NCBI GenBank assembly: GCA_963818475.1
Contig: CAWFSF010000002.1
Span: 544,001 to 608,000, forward strand
DNA: 64,000 nt
Direction of reading: 5' to 3'
Origin: Nitrospirota bacterium
GTDB taxonomy: Bacteria; Nitrospirota; UBA9217
Positions within the stretch are counted from its first letter, which is position 1. The number at the start of each line of letters is the position of its first letter. The notes beneath the pieces are model-generated. The model was not told the DNA's origin, did not search any database, and saw nothing but the letters and a program-made list of their open reading frames with translations. The position numbers and the translations under genes are program-made. Positions 30,084 to 39,564 of this stretch are shown here, in pieces.

Positions 30084-30632
30084 TTAATTTCTGCGCCACA
30101 TAATTCCGCCTGACGCCTTGGCCCAGGATCGTGGAGCCGAGGAGGCCCCCGTCCGCAGAAAAGGTTTCAGGTTTCCGAACACCATGCTTTTGCTCGCAAG
30201 GTGTCCGGGCAGACAATGAAGGAGATAGTTGAGGCCAATGGAAGAATATTCCGATATGCCGGCATCGATCGGCTGAAGGACATCGGACAGGTGACAGGAA
30301 GGACTGTAACGGCGCAGACGTTTTGCTGTTGCGCGCAAACTGTTGGGGTTCAGGTCTATAAGAGCGATAGTCGGAGTCGAGGAAGGAAACCGGCACTTGT
30401 CGAGAAAATAACCAGTGCCGACGCCAACGTCGAGGTGCCTTTCGGTAATGTGTTGGTTGTAGAAATTGAGAATATCTTGAGAGGGGCACTTCCAGGCGAA
30501 AGAGTTGGAAAAACCCAGGACGAACAGGTCGTATAGGGACAACGCCGCTTTCGTGTATGCTGCCGCGCCTTTGGCCGGGTCCTCATGCTCGCCGGCAAAG
30601 TGTGTTGAACATTGTTCATCGTCATGCCTCAC
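30084..30632 (-). CDS. Class I SAM-dependent methyltransferase (frameshifted/degenerate C-terminus)
   Basis: HLDVGVGTGYFL, DLNPNSL, NYLLHCLPG; continuation GLLGSTILGQGV in another frame near 30150. Confidence 0.8.
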   Translation of the reverse strand: MRHDDEQCSTHFAGEHEDPAKGAAAYTKAALSLYDLFVLGFSNSFAWKCPSQDILNFYNQHITERHLDVGVGTGYFLDKCRFPSSTPTIALIDLNPNSLRATAKRLRRYSPSCHLSDVLQPIDAGISEYSSIGLNYLLHCLPGHLASKSMVFGNLKPFLRTGASSAPRSWAKASGGIMWRRN

Positions 30633-30799
30633 GATTCTCCTATCCGGATGTCACGGTGAATATACAAATATACCATGAATAGGGTTGACGAACAACTGGT
30701 GTGTATGTGATATTGTCAGAGGAATGAGAGGCTTATTTCTGCCCCCCTTGGTTAGGGGTATTTCGAGAGTCGGAGCAAATTCCCAAAGTGAACATATTT

Positions 30800-31045
30800 A
30801 CCGCGAAGATGCACGAATAACAACCGAACACAACCTGAACAAGTCTTTGACACGGATCAAGGTGGAGAAGAGCTATGATAACTGCGGATTTTTCTTGGCC
30901 AGGAACTTGGCCCTTTTGTGGGATACCCAATCCTTTGCTCTTTTTCTCCGCCATTATCATAGCCGTTATCCGTGAAAATCCGTGTCAAAGGTCCTGCTCC
31001 TTCTACCTCATGATGTCATTCGCGTCCATTCGCGTAATTCGAAGT
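30800..31045. repeat. Cluster of degenerate ATCCGTG/ATTCGCG repeats
   Basis: TTATCCGTGAAAATCCGTG, ATTCGCGTCCATTCGCGTAATTCG and inverse ACACGGAT/CACGAATA units. Confidence 0.55.
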
Positions 31046-31053
31046 TACCTGCT

Positions 31054-31914
31054 TTACAGCTCCCGCCACAATTCCAGCGCATTCCTTGCAGAACGGAACC
31101 CGAACTGCCTGAGCGGCTCCAGATAGGGGCTCTTCATGGCCGGTTCGCCATTGATCGTCTCGATCACGATTTTCCTGACCGGATTGAACTCCCGGCCGAG
31201 CAGGTCCTTGAACAGGACGAAATATTCAGCAAGATGCTCGTCGTCAGGCGGGACCATGAGCTCGATGTTCTTGCCCAGGCGCTTCGCGATCATGACCAGC
31301 CTGCTGCCGTGATAGACCAGGTGCGTCGAGGAAATGCGGGAAGGCAGTCCCGCTATCCCCGCAAGGCCCAGTCCGCAAAGGGACGCGGGGTCGGCTGCGT
31401 TGATCCAGAACACGGCGTCCTTTGGCAGCGGCTCCTGCAGCATGCGGAACGCCTCGGGCGATACGAACTGCGGGCCCGGGACCCCTTCAAAGAAGTAGCC
31501 TGACAGCACCTCGCCCGAAAGCTCCATCATGCGAAGCGACCGGAACACTGCGCGCCACTGGAAAGGCGGCAGCTCGTTCGCAAGAAGCGGGCGGAATAAA
31601 ACCCCGAAGCGCTTGAGCAGCTGCCTGACGCGGTCCTTCACCAGTTCTTCGGTTTCGAGGATATCCTGCTCCTGCGGCACGGGATCGATCCGGAGCCAAT
31701 GCCCTTCCAGCGGCCTCGATACCTTCCACCGGTTAAAGCCGGCACGCCGGGACATGAGCCGCTCGTCATTCCCGAACGGTCTGTCGCTCGAGAACCCGGT
31801 CAGGACCCCTTTTCTGATGACGCGGAAGGAATCGCTCGTCACATTCCCCTTCCATGCCTCCTTCCAAAGAAGCTCCACTGGCATGGGTTGTGTCCATATG
31901 GGAAAACCCCGCAA
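31054..31914 (-). CDS. lhr: Lhr helicase C-terminal part (frameshifted)
   Basis: LLKRFGV, MELSGEV..GYFFEG..GPQF, AADPASL. Confidence 0.75.
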   Translation of the reverse strand: MRGFPIWTQPMPVELLWKEAWKGNVTSDSFRVIRKGVLTGFSSDRPFGNDERLMSRRAGFNRWKVSRPLEGHWLRIDPVPQEQDILETEELVKDRVRQLLKRFGVLFRPLLANELPPFQWRAVFRSLRMMELSGEVLSGYFFEGVPGPQFVSPEAFRMLQEPLPKDAVFWINAADPASLCGLGLAGIAGLPSRISSTHLVYHGSRLVMIAKRLGKNIELMVPPDDEHLAEYFVLFKDLLGREFNPVRKIVIETINGEPAMKSPYLEPLRQFGFRSARNALELWREL

Positions 31915-31950
31915 TGTCGAGGAAGCTGTATTTGCCGCGGCGGTCGGGGA

Positions 31951-34563
31951 TCAGGTGGTCGAGCTCTTCGTCCTGCTCTCGCTCCCGCGGCAGGGCGAAA
32001 GAGCTCCAGGTCCTGGTTGAAGCCAAGGCTGATGCGCTTCTGTCCGCAGCCGAACCAGACAAGGTCGCTCTCGCTCATGAGCCGGTCGAGCCACTCGCCC
32101 CGGTACTGCTGCATGCGGCAGGGAAGGAGGTATTCCTCCCAGGCCGCGACCGGCGCAGGCAAGTCCGAAGAGCTGCTCCAGCCTTTGCTTGAGGTCGTCC
32201 AGGGACTGTCCGGCCGGGACAATTCCCTGATAAGCAGCAAGGAACAGCGGAAGCTGTTCAGCAGGAAGCGGTTCGAATGAGGGCTGGCGGTATTTTCGCG
32301 CCATGCGAAGCAGGACTTCGAGGTTTCCGCTGTCGCAGATCTCGATGCCGCGGCTCTCTTCGCCAAAGCGGTCCATGACGAGGTCCTGCGACTCGATCAA
32401 AGGTTCGATCGCTTCATCGATCCGCTCCGCGGTGATGCCGAGGAGATGGACCAGCTCTTCCTTCTCGATCGGTCCGTAAAAGGAGAGCCACTCGGAAAGG
32501 AAACTTGCCAGATCGTACTCCTCGCTTACCCGGGCAGACTCGGGCGGTTCGCGCAAAAAAGAGAGGACGCGTTTGGCAAGGGTTTCCGCTTTTTCTTCAC
32601 TACCCGCAGGCCGCAGCGTGAGAACGTCCGGGTGCAGACGGAAGGCGACGATCACTTTCGGCATTGTTTCGAGGCTGCATAAAAGCGGGTGTCTCACTCC
32701 GGGCCAGCTTACCCAGAAGAGCTTCTTTGCCTGGGCCGCAAGCCATGCTGCTCCGTCCTCGTCAAGGTCGCGCCTGATCGCGCCTGCCAGCTCCTTCCAT
32801 TCCGTTTCCGGGATGAGCATTCGCTCCTTCACCCAGTCCAGAAGCTCCAGGGCCGTGGCCGGAGCGTAGCCGGGTGCTGTGCGCTTCAGCTTGTTGTCCA
32901 GGATGCGGACCACTTCCGCAGGCAGCTTCGGACGGAGGTGGGACGAGAACAGAAGCTCTTTGATCAGATCAGGCCGCAGGGCCGACTCTTTTGCGAAGAT
33001 CGGCGTATCGTCCTCGTACATGTACTTGTTCGTCTGTTTCCAGACAAGGCTTCCGGCAAAGGGAGAGGCCGTCCTGGTCACGGTCTCGCTCACGCGCACC
33101 ATGCCCGTCCGGAGCTCTTCGATCACGCTCCTGACATGGCTGAGATCGAACTCGTCCTCAAGGCAGGTGCGCCATGTTTCAAGCACGATCGGGAAATCCC
33201 CGTAGGACGAAACAGCCGCGAGCAGTTCCTTGGACCGAAGCCTGATGAGCCAGAGCGGCATCCTGCGCTTGAAGCTCGCTTTCGGCAGCAGGAGCGCCCG
33301 TTCTGCGTTCTCCCGGAACCGGGCGCCGAAAAAGCCGGTCTGCTCCAGTCTCTTTCTGAGGAAGGTCTCGACGTTTTCCGGCGTCAGGAGCGAGAAGAGC
33401 TCGTCCGCATGGAACGCCCTTGGCAGCATCAGCAGGATCGCGTCGTCGTTCGCGATGAATTGCAGCGGCATTCGCTCCTTCTCTTCCCAGGCCTGGGCCA
33501 GGGCGAGGCTGAATGGCCGGTTCACTCTGCCTCCCCAGAAGGTATGCAGGATCACCTGCTTGAAGTCGCCGCGGCCGCCCGGCTCTTCCACGTGCTCGAT
33601 CAAAAGATGATGGCGGTGAGGAAGCGCGCTGCCGGTCGCCTCTTTCTGGAGTTTCAAGAACGCGATGAGCTCATCTGCCGCGGCATCTTCCATCATATAG
33701 CGATCCAAAAGCTCCTGCCTGAAATCGGGGGCCGCGAGCGCGGTGTCCGCATGTTCGAGAAAGAGGCCGATCTTTTCCGAGAAATGATAATCCCTGTCCT
33801 GCTGCTCCGCCTTCCAGAAAGGGAAAATGCCGACAGCGGACCTGACCGGAACCACCTCGACGTCGTTGTGCGTGATCTTCTCGATCCTCCAGAGCTGGGT
33901 GCCGAGGGTGAAGCTCTCGCCGATGGACCGCTCCCAGACGAACTCCTCGTCCAGCTCGCCGATCTTCGCACGCGTGTCCGTAAGCCGCAGATCGAAGTAC
34001 CCGCGCTCGGGGATCGTCCCGCCTGAGGTATAGAGAAGGTAGGGCACTTCGCTGTGCGCCTGGATGGTGTTGTCCACCCGGTCGAGCGAGACACGGGCCT
34101 TCAGCTCCCGCAAGCGGGAATCGGCATAGCGGCCGGAAAGCATGTCGAGCACCATGTCGAAAAGCTTCCGTGAAAGGGCGCGGTAAGGATAGCTGGTTTT
34201 GAGGAACGCATAGAGCTCGTCGATGTCCCATTTCTCCATGCTGACCATCGAAAGGATGATCTGGGCCAGGAGATCGAGCGGCGCTTCGACGGGATGCACT
34301 TCTTCGATGTCCTGGTCCAGGCAGGCCCGCGCCATGACCGCGGCGTCGATGAAGTCCCTGCCATGGGTCGGGAAGAGCAGCCCGCGGCTCTTTTCTCCCA
34401 CGGAATGGCCCGACCGTCCGATGCGCTGCAGGGCCGACGAGACCGAGCGCGGCGTCTGGATCAGCACGACCTGGTCAAGGCTTCCGATATCGATGCCCAG
34501 TTCGAGCGAGTTCGTGGCAACGATGGCCCTGAGCTCTCCGTTCTTCAGTTTTTGCTCCACCAC
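31951..34563 (-). CDS. lhr: Lhr helicase central part
   Basis: VATNSLELGIDIG, LQRIGRSGH, SGGTIP, GELDEEFVWE, PFWKAE. Confidence 0.9.
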   Translation of the reverse strand: MVEQKLKNGELRAIVATNSLELGIDIGSLDQVVLIQTPRSVSSALQRIGRSGHSVGEKSRGLLFPTHGRDFIDAAVMARACLDQDIEEVHPVEAPLDLLAQIILSMVSMEKWDIDELYAFLKTSYPYRALSRKLFDMVLDMLSGRYADSRLRELKARVSLDRVDNTIQAHSEVPYLLYTSGGTIPERGYFDLRLTDTRAKIGELDEEFVWERSIGESFTLGTQLWRIEKITHNDVEVVPVRSAVGIFPFWKAEQQDRDYHFSEKIGLFLEHADTALAAPDFRQELLDRYMMEDAAADELIAFLKLQKEATGSALPHRHHLLIEHVEEPGGRGDFKQVILHTFWGGRVNRPFSLALAQAWEEKERMPLQFIANDDAILLMLPRAFHADELFSLLTPENVETFLRKRLEQTGFFGARFRENAERALLLPKASFKRRMPLWLIRLRSKELLAAVSSYGDFPIVLETWRTCLEDEFDLSHVRSVIEELRTGMVRVSETVTRTASPFAGSLVWKQTNKYMYEDDTPIFAKESALRPDLIKELLFSSHLRPKLPAEVVRILDNKLKRTAPGYAPATALELLDWVKERMLIPETEWKELAGAIRRDLDEDGAAWLAAQAKKLFWVSWPGVRHPLLCSLETMPKVIVAFRLHPDVLTLRPAGSEEKAETLAKRVLSFLREPPESARVSEEYDLASFLSEWLSFYGPIEKEELVHLLGITAERIDEAIEPLIESQDLVMDRFGEESRGIEICDSGNLEVLLRMARKYRQPSFEPLPAEQLPLFLAAYQGIVPAGQSLDDLKQRLEQLFGLACAGRGLGGIPPSLPHAAVPGRVARPAHERERPCLVRLRTEAHQPWLQPGPGALSPCRGSESRTKSSTT

Positions 34564-34623
34564 AAGACGCAGTTCGCGCGAGAGCGACCCGTGGTGGGCG
34601 TAGGCAAGTTCGTTTCCTTAACG

Positions 34624-35688
34624 CTAAATCCCCTCACCCCAGCCCTCTCCCACTGAGGGGAGAGGGTGCGTGAAACCAACCTCTTTTAAAGGAAGAGGCT
34701 GTAGCCCCTCCCTTGATGGGAGGGGTTGGGGGAGGGTGGCAGTGTCACCCCTCCCCTCGTGGGAGGGGCCAAGGGGGAGGGGCGAGGCCTCATTGATCAG
34801 CCGCGTCACCTTCTCCGTTGTCCTCCTGCTGTTCGCAAACAGCAGCGTCGATCGCTGCTGCTGGATGGTTTCCCGGAACGCATCAATGAGCGCCGGCCAC
34901 CAGGAGCCGTTCACCATCTTCTCCCGCGCATCAGGAGGAAAGGATACGGTGATGTCGTATTCCTTTGCCTGTCTGGACTGAATAAGGGTCACGGGCCGCT
35001 TTTCAAGAATGCTGTCTTTGCCAAAGCCGGTTTTCCGGAATCCTCCGACGAATTCAGCGACCCGCTCCGCAGGATTGACCGTGGCAGAAAGCGCAATGCG
35101 CTGAAAATCGCCGGAAAGCGGCACCAGCCGGTCCACTGCGGTGATGAGATGGGTGCCGCGCTTGGTGCCTACGACCGCATGGATCTCGTCGAGAATGACC
35201 GTTTGAATGCCCAGGAGCATGCCGCGGCCGCTCCGGGAAGTGAGCAGCAGGTTCAGCGACTCCGGCGTCGTGATCAGGATCTCCGGCGGCCTGCGTACCA
35301 TTCGCCGCCGCTCCTCGCCCGGTGTGTCGCCGCTGCGGGTGAGAACGGTGATGTTCGGGAAAGGCGTGTTTGTGCGGTTGAAGGTCTCCCGCAATTCCGC
35401 GAGCGGCTTCAGCAAGTTTCGCTGAACGTCGTTGTTCAGGGCTTTAAGCGGCGAGATATAGAGGACGCGGATTGTGCCGCCGGACCAGGTCCCGTTGATG
35501 AGCTGGTTCAAGGCCCACAGGAAAGAGGCCAGCGTCTTGCCGCAGCCTGTTGGCGCGGTAACGAGCACGTGCCTGCCCCGGCTGATCTCGGGCCAGGCTT
35601 TCTCCTGAACGTCGGTCGGTTTGCCGACCAGCTCCCTGAACCACTTCTGGATGAGGGGATGAAATAGTGAGAGGCTCGATTCCGGCAT
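34624..35688 (-). CDS. lhr: Lhr DEAD/H helicase N-terminal part, ending inside a repeat insertion
   Basis: APTGCGKT, YISPLKALNND, TTPESL, DEIH, LSAT, FANSRR. Confidence 0.9.
   Translation of the reverse strand: MPESSLSLFHPLIQKWFRELVGKPTDVQEKAWPEISRGRHVLVTAPTGCGKTLASFLWALNQLINGTWSGGTIRVLYISPLKALNNDVQRNLLKPLAELRETFNRTNTPFPNITVLTRSGDTPGEERRRMVRRPPEILITTPESLNLLLTSRSGRGMLLGIQTVILDEIHAVVGTKRGTHLITAVDRLVPLSGDFQRIALSATVNPAERVAEFVGGFRKTGFGKDSILEKRPVTLIQSRQAKEYDITVSFPPDAREKMVNGSWWPALIDAFRETIQQQRSTLLFANSRRTTEKVTRLINEASPLPLGPSHEGRGDTATLPQPLPSREGLQPLPLKEVGFTHPLPSVGEGWGEGI
34628..34786. repeat. Three palindromic CCCCTC..GAGGGG units inserted in lhr
   Basis: CCCTCACCCCAGCCCTCTCCC..GGGAGAGGG, CCCCTCCC..GGGAGGGGTTGGGGGAGGG, CCCCTCCC..GGGAGGGGCCAAGGGGGAGGGG. 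Confidence 0.85.
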
Positions 35689-35699
35689 GTGCTTTCTTC

Positions 35700-35738
35700 C
35701 TCAATTAAAACATAGACCAGGAGGGGGAGAAAAGCAAG
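35700..35738 (-). promoter_or_regulatory. sigma70-like promoter upstream of lhr (copy A of a duplicated element)
   Basis: Minus strand TTGCTT-N17-TATGTT; near-identical copy at 39487-39525. Confidence 0.6.
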
Positions 35739-35776
35739 AGAGGGGTAAGGTATTGTCCTGTTCTATCCGCTGAAGC

Positions 35777-35836
35777 GGTGAACGCTGAGCTAAGGGGCGG
35801 AAGTTTTGCCCGTCCCTCTTGAGTGAATTGTTAAGT
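35777..35836 (-). mobile_element. Integron attC site
   Basis: Minus strand ACTTAAC AATTCACTCAAGAGGGACGG..CCGCCCCTTAGCTCAGC GTTCACC; imperfect palindrome following the gene stop. Confidence 0.8.
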
Positions 35837-35854
35837 TAGTTTTATTTGCTTGTC

Positions 35855-36277
35855 CTACTGTCTTTGTCTCGGTAAGATCATGTAAAATTTTCCGCCTTTT
35901 TCCCCGACAGGCATCGTTAGCGTACCAAATGTTTTACTACCTTCTAAGGTCACAACTAATTCATGGCTTACCTTTAGATTCGGGACATACGTAATCCCGT
36001 TCCTTGTCTTGATCAATCTATTTTTGGTTTTATTTGATCGTTTTAAAACGACTGATTTTACTTTTTGCGTTACCCAATACTCTCTGGATTTATTGTCTTG
36101 TTCCTTATCTTCATCTGTCACGCCCTCAAAACATGTCAAAGCTATTAATGCGGCAGGATCCTTTCTGGAAAAGGCATCTTTGATTGCATCAATAAAGCGT
36201 GTTTCTTCCTGGACTGAAGCTGCATTTGCCGAGGCTAATATTCCAAGCAGTATTGCAAGAATGACGAATGTACGCAT
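35855..36277 (-). CDS. Cassette-encoded secreted hypothetical protein
   Basis: Signal peptide (ANA-A), AT-rich, bounded by attC sites. Confidence 0.7.
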   Translation of the reverse strand: MRTFVILAILLGILASANAASVQEETRFIDAIKDAFSRKDPAALIALTCFEGVTDEDKEQDNKSREYWVTQKVKSVVLKRSNKTKNRLIKTRNGITYVPNLKVSHELVVTLEGSKTFGTLTMPVGEKGGKFYMILPRQRQ

Positions 36278-36304
36278 GGCAAGTTCCTTTGTAATTATAC
36301 TGTC

Positions 36305-36365
36305 AGTTAACCACGCGCCTGACGCGCCGACTTTTAGCGCGTCGCTGTCAAGGCGCTCGTTGGAA
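36305..36365 (-). mobile_element. Integron attC site
   Basis: Minus strand TTCCAAC GAGCGCCTTGACAGCGAC..GTCGGCGCGTCAGGCGCGTG GTTAACT. Confidence 0.8.
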
Positions 36366-36392
36366 TATTTTCGGGTTTTACTTCGTCGACAG

Positions 36393-36797
36393 CTAGTCAG
36401 GGCTCTTTCCCATTTCGTAAGGCGTCAATAACTCGACCTTAAGGGTCGCGCTATTATTCAGTACCCATGCCTCCGATTTTTTTAACAGTGTAAAAACTAA
36501 TTGATCAGAATCAGGATGAACTTTTACGATAATTGAGGTGTTATCAGGTGACGGAGACCCAGCTTGAAGTTGAAACTTCTTTGACAAAATATATCCGAGA
36601 TAGCCCTCTATCTTATCTTGAAGCCTTGCCAGCGATCCCTTGTCGCCCTGAAGCGGTGTTGCGATAACGATGGTCAGATCAGCACCTCCTCCCTTTTTTA
36701 TATTCATCACATCTATCACTGCCAGGGAAGGAATTGGATGATTCGGATCGTCACGCGGATCTATAGGAGGATTATGTTTAAATATTGGTGCTGCCAT
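36393..36797 (-). CDS. Cassette-encoded hypothetical protein
   Basis: Start MAAPIF with RBS GGAGG right after the attC; the longer ORF call runs into the attC. Confidence 0.7.
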   Translation of the reverse strand: MAAPIFKHNPPIDPRDDPNHPIPSLAVIDVMNIKKGGGADLTIVIATPLQGDKGSLARLQDKIEGYLGYILSKKFQLQAGSPSPDNTSIIVKVHPDSDQLVFTLLKKSEAWVLNNSATLKVELLTPYEMGKSPD

Positions 36798-36806
36798 TAG
36801 TGACAC

Positions 36807-36862
36807 CTCCAACGACGAGTTCACACGCCGCGAAGCGGTCGGCAAGGAACGATTTGTTAAGC
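36807..36862 (-). mobile_element. Integron attC site
   Basis: Minus strand GCTTAAC AAATCGTTC..CCGCTTCGCGG..GAACTCGTC GTTGGAG. Confidence 0.8.
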
Positions 36863-36867
36863 CAAAT

Positions 36868-37365
36868 TTATCGGCTGGTCCGCCGTTGTGAGTCGTAGCC
36901 GTTTTCGCTCGTCTGAAGCAGTACTGTCACACGTCTCCAGCTATCTTGGACCGTTTGGTGCGGCTTGATATCTCTCAAGTCATAGCAGACCGGGTCGAAC
37001 CTGGATATTATTGCGTCTGCCGGACGAACCAAGATTAGTGTTCTGTCATCGCGCCATATCATCTTATCGACAATGATGCTGCCTGTCATGACAGGCCATT
37101 CATAGTGTTTGTTCTTTTTATCAAGAGCGAGACCTGAAGGAACCACGTATAAACGCACTACGGATGATCCAAATGAAAAACCGGATTCTTGAATGGTCAG
37201 TACGGCATCATATTCCTTCCCTGGTGAAGCCAGTCGAAATTCTTCAGCCTCCTCTGGACTAGAACCAAAATCGAGTTCAAATTTCAAATAAACCCCAAGT
37301 GCGATGAGCGCGAGAAGGCCTATGGCAGCAAGAATATTCCGAAGTACAATAATAACTTTTTTCAT
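36868..37365 (-). CDS. Cassette-encoded membrane-anchored hypothetical protein
   Basis: N-terminal TM helix, AT-rich, followed by attC. Confidence 0.7.
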   Translation of the reverse strand: MKKVIIVLRNILAAIGLLALIALGVYLKFELDFGSSPEEAEEFRLASPGKEYDAVLTIQESGFSFGSSVVRLYVVPSGLALDKKNKHYEWPVMTGSIIVDKMIWRDDRTLILVRPADAIISRFDPVCYDLRDIKPHQTVQDSWRRVTVLLQTSENGYDSQRRTSR

Positions 37366-37395
37366 AATAATTCGCGGTGCCGCATATTAAAAGAG

Positions 37396-37412
37396 AATTA
37401 ACCAGTAGTTGT
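37396..37412 (-). mobile_element. attI-like site heading array 1
   Basis: Minus strand ACAACTACTG GTTAATT; core shared with 43581-43597; no attC hairpin. Confidence 0.45.
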
Positions 37413-37580
37413 CTACTTAGGGCTAAGTCACTAGCAACGGATTTCCGTTCTTTACGAGTTCAGCAAAAAGGATGCCGGATACGAGCTTCCAATTTGAAAT
37501 AAAGTAGCATGGTTTGCAGGGGTGGTCAATGAATTTAAGAAAAAACAAGGCGCAAGCGCTTGTGAGGGGCTGATGATGCG

Positions 37581-38237
37581 TCACGGGCGTGCTGCGTCGG
37601 GATCGAAGATCACCGTTTCCTGGCCGACTTCTACTTCGCCATACCTGAGATCGCCGGCTCGCTCGTATACGTGCAGAACAGCGCCGGTTTTGGTCAGTTG
37701 TGTGTCAACAAGCCGGAAGCTTCCCGGGATCGTGCCTTCGCCGAATAGGCGCTTGCCGGTACCGAGAACCACAGGGAACTGCCAAATGCGAAAGGTATCG
37801 ATAAGGTCGTGTTTGAGCAGGGTCTGGAGAAAATTACTGCTGCCGTGGACCTGGATCTCGCCGCCTTCCTCTTTTTTGAGTTTCGCGACCTCCTCGGCAA
37901 CGTCTCCCTTGAGCAGGAAGGAGTTGCTCCACGTGACCTCCTCGAGCGTCCGCGAAGCGACGAACTTCGGCCGGGTGTTAAGGGCGGCAGCGATCTCATC
38001 CGCCGGGTCGGTGGACTTGGGCCAGGAAGCTGCGAAAATCTCATAGGTCTTGCGGCCGAGCAGGAAGGCGCCGGCCTGCCTGGTCCACGCGGTCATGATT
38101 TCACCGAACTTATCATCAAAATAAGGAACGAGCCAGCCGCCGTGCCGGAAGCCGCCGTCGCGGTCCTCATTGGGGCCGCCGGGCGCTTGCATGACGCCGT
38201 CGAGAGTCAGGAAGGTTCCCGCAACCAGCTTTCTCAT
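37581..38237 (-). CDS. Dihydrofolate reductase / RibD C-terminal family protein
   Basis: TLDGVMQAPGGP..D, LLGRKTYEIF, PKFVASRTL, GSS, PVVLGTGKRLF. Confidence 0.9.
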   Translation of the reverse strand: MRKLVAGTFLTLDGVMQAPGGPNEDRDGGFRHGGWLVPYFDDKFGEIMTAWTRQAGAFLLGRKTYEIFAASWPKSTDPADEIAAALNTRPKFVASRTLEEVTWSNSFLLKGDVAEEVAKLKKEEGGEIQVHGSSNFLQTLLKHDLIDTFRIWQFPVVLGTGKRLFGEGTIPGSFRLVDTQLTKTGAVLHVYERAGDLRYGEVEVGQETVIFDPDAARP

Positions 38238-38297
38238 GTTTGTCCTCTCAAAGATTTTACGGACGCCGAACGCAGCTGATCAGCGGCGCCGCTCCTA

Positions 38298-39360
38298 TCA
38301 CTTTTTATGGTGTTTCATTACGGTCTTGACGAACTGTCCGAATTTTTTGTCCTTTCTGCGTTTTTCAACGTAGGATAGCTCATTGTATTCAGATTCTTTC
38401 ATCAGCTTCAAATAGCTCTGGTATCGATCCGCGTGCAATGTGCCATTTTCAATTGCGATCAGGAGTGCGCAACCGGCTTCCTGAGTATGGGTGCAATTGG
38501 CAAACCGGCAGGTTTTCGAAAGGCTCCAGATGTCAGCGAAGCTTTCCTCAAGCCCTGAGCTGACGCCGATATTCCCCAGTTCCCTCATCCCCGGGGTGTC
38601 GATCAGCATCGCCCCTTGATCAAGGACGATCAGCTGGCGCTGCGCCGTCGTGTGTCTGCCCTTCCCGTCGCTTGCTCGGACAGTGTTTGTCTCAAATAGA
38701 TCGCGGCCGATGATATGGTTCAAGAGCGTTGTTTTGCCCACTCCGGAAGACCCGACCAGGCAATACGTTTTGCCCGGCTCCAGCAGTTGACGCACCTGAT
38801 CCACTCCGAAGCCGGTCACGTTGCTGAGCGGAAGCACTGTGCATTTGATGTTGGCTTGACGTACCTCTGATATTCTTTGCTCCAGCTTCTCGGGGCTGAC
38901 CAGATCGCTTTTTGTCAGGAGCAGTATCGGTTCGATCTGCCCTTCGTTGACCATGACGAGGTAGCGCTCCAGCCTGCGCAGATTGAAATCGAGATCGCAG
39001 GCTTGCACGATCAAGGCGGAATCTATGTTGACCGCGATCATCTGGTAGTCGATCTTCTTGCCAGGCGTTTTGCTCCGTCAAAAATGATTTGCGCGGGAGC
39101 AGGCCATGGATGATGGCAAACGTATCAGCGTTGTGGTACTGGACAAGTGCCCAATCACCGACTGAAGGAAGGTCTGTGCTCGACTCGGCGGAGTAGAGGA
39201 AACTGCCTGCCAATTCAGCGAGAACCTCGCTGTTCTCATTTCTTACGAGGTAGCTGTCCCTGTGGACCGCGGTCACGCGGGCCACCGTGCAGTCAGGCCT
39301 CTGCGCCTCCGATCTTTTGTCTTCAAACCACTGATCAAATCCGAGAAGTTTCAGTTCCAT
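38298..39360 (-). CDS. rsgA: Ribosome small subunit-dependent GTPase A (frameshift near 39075)
   Basis: PSVGDW, RLERYL, LTKSDL, GSSGVGKTTL, GRHTT, IDTPGMRE, CRFANCTH..EAGC. Confidence 0.88.
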
Positions 39361-39464
39361 AGCAGGTCTCGTGTCATCCATTCCCTTGCACGGGTCGGAT
39401 CTTCCAGCCAAGAGAAGATCTTCTCGGGCGTACTCTTAATTTCTATGGTAATTGCTGTTTTCAT
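39351..39464 (-). pseudogene. SRPBCC-family N-terminal fragment
   Basis: MKTAITIEIKSTPEKIFSWLEDPTRAREWM, then truncated at the rsgA start. Confidence 0.55.
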
Positions 39465-39486
39465 AATCCCGGCATAATTTTGTATT

Positions 39487-39525
39487 CTCAACTAAAACAT
39501 AGATCAAGAGGGGAGGAAATGCAAG
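39487..39525 (-). promoter_or_regulatory. sigma70-like promoter (copy B of the duplicated element)
   Basis: Minus strand TTGCAT-N17-TATGTT; matches 35700-35738. Confidence 0.6.
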
Positions 39526-39564
39526 CGGTGGCGTGGGGAAGGGGGGTTGGCTCTCACTGCCGGT

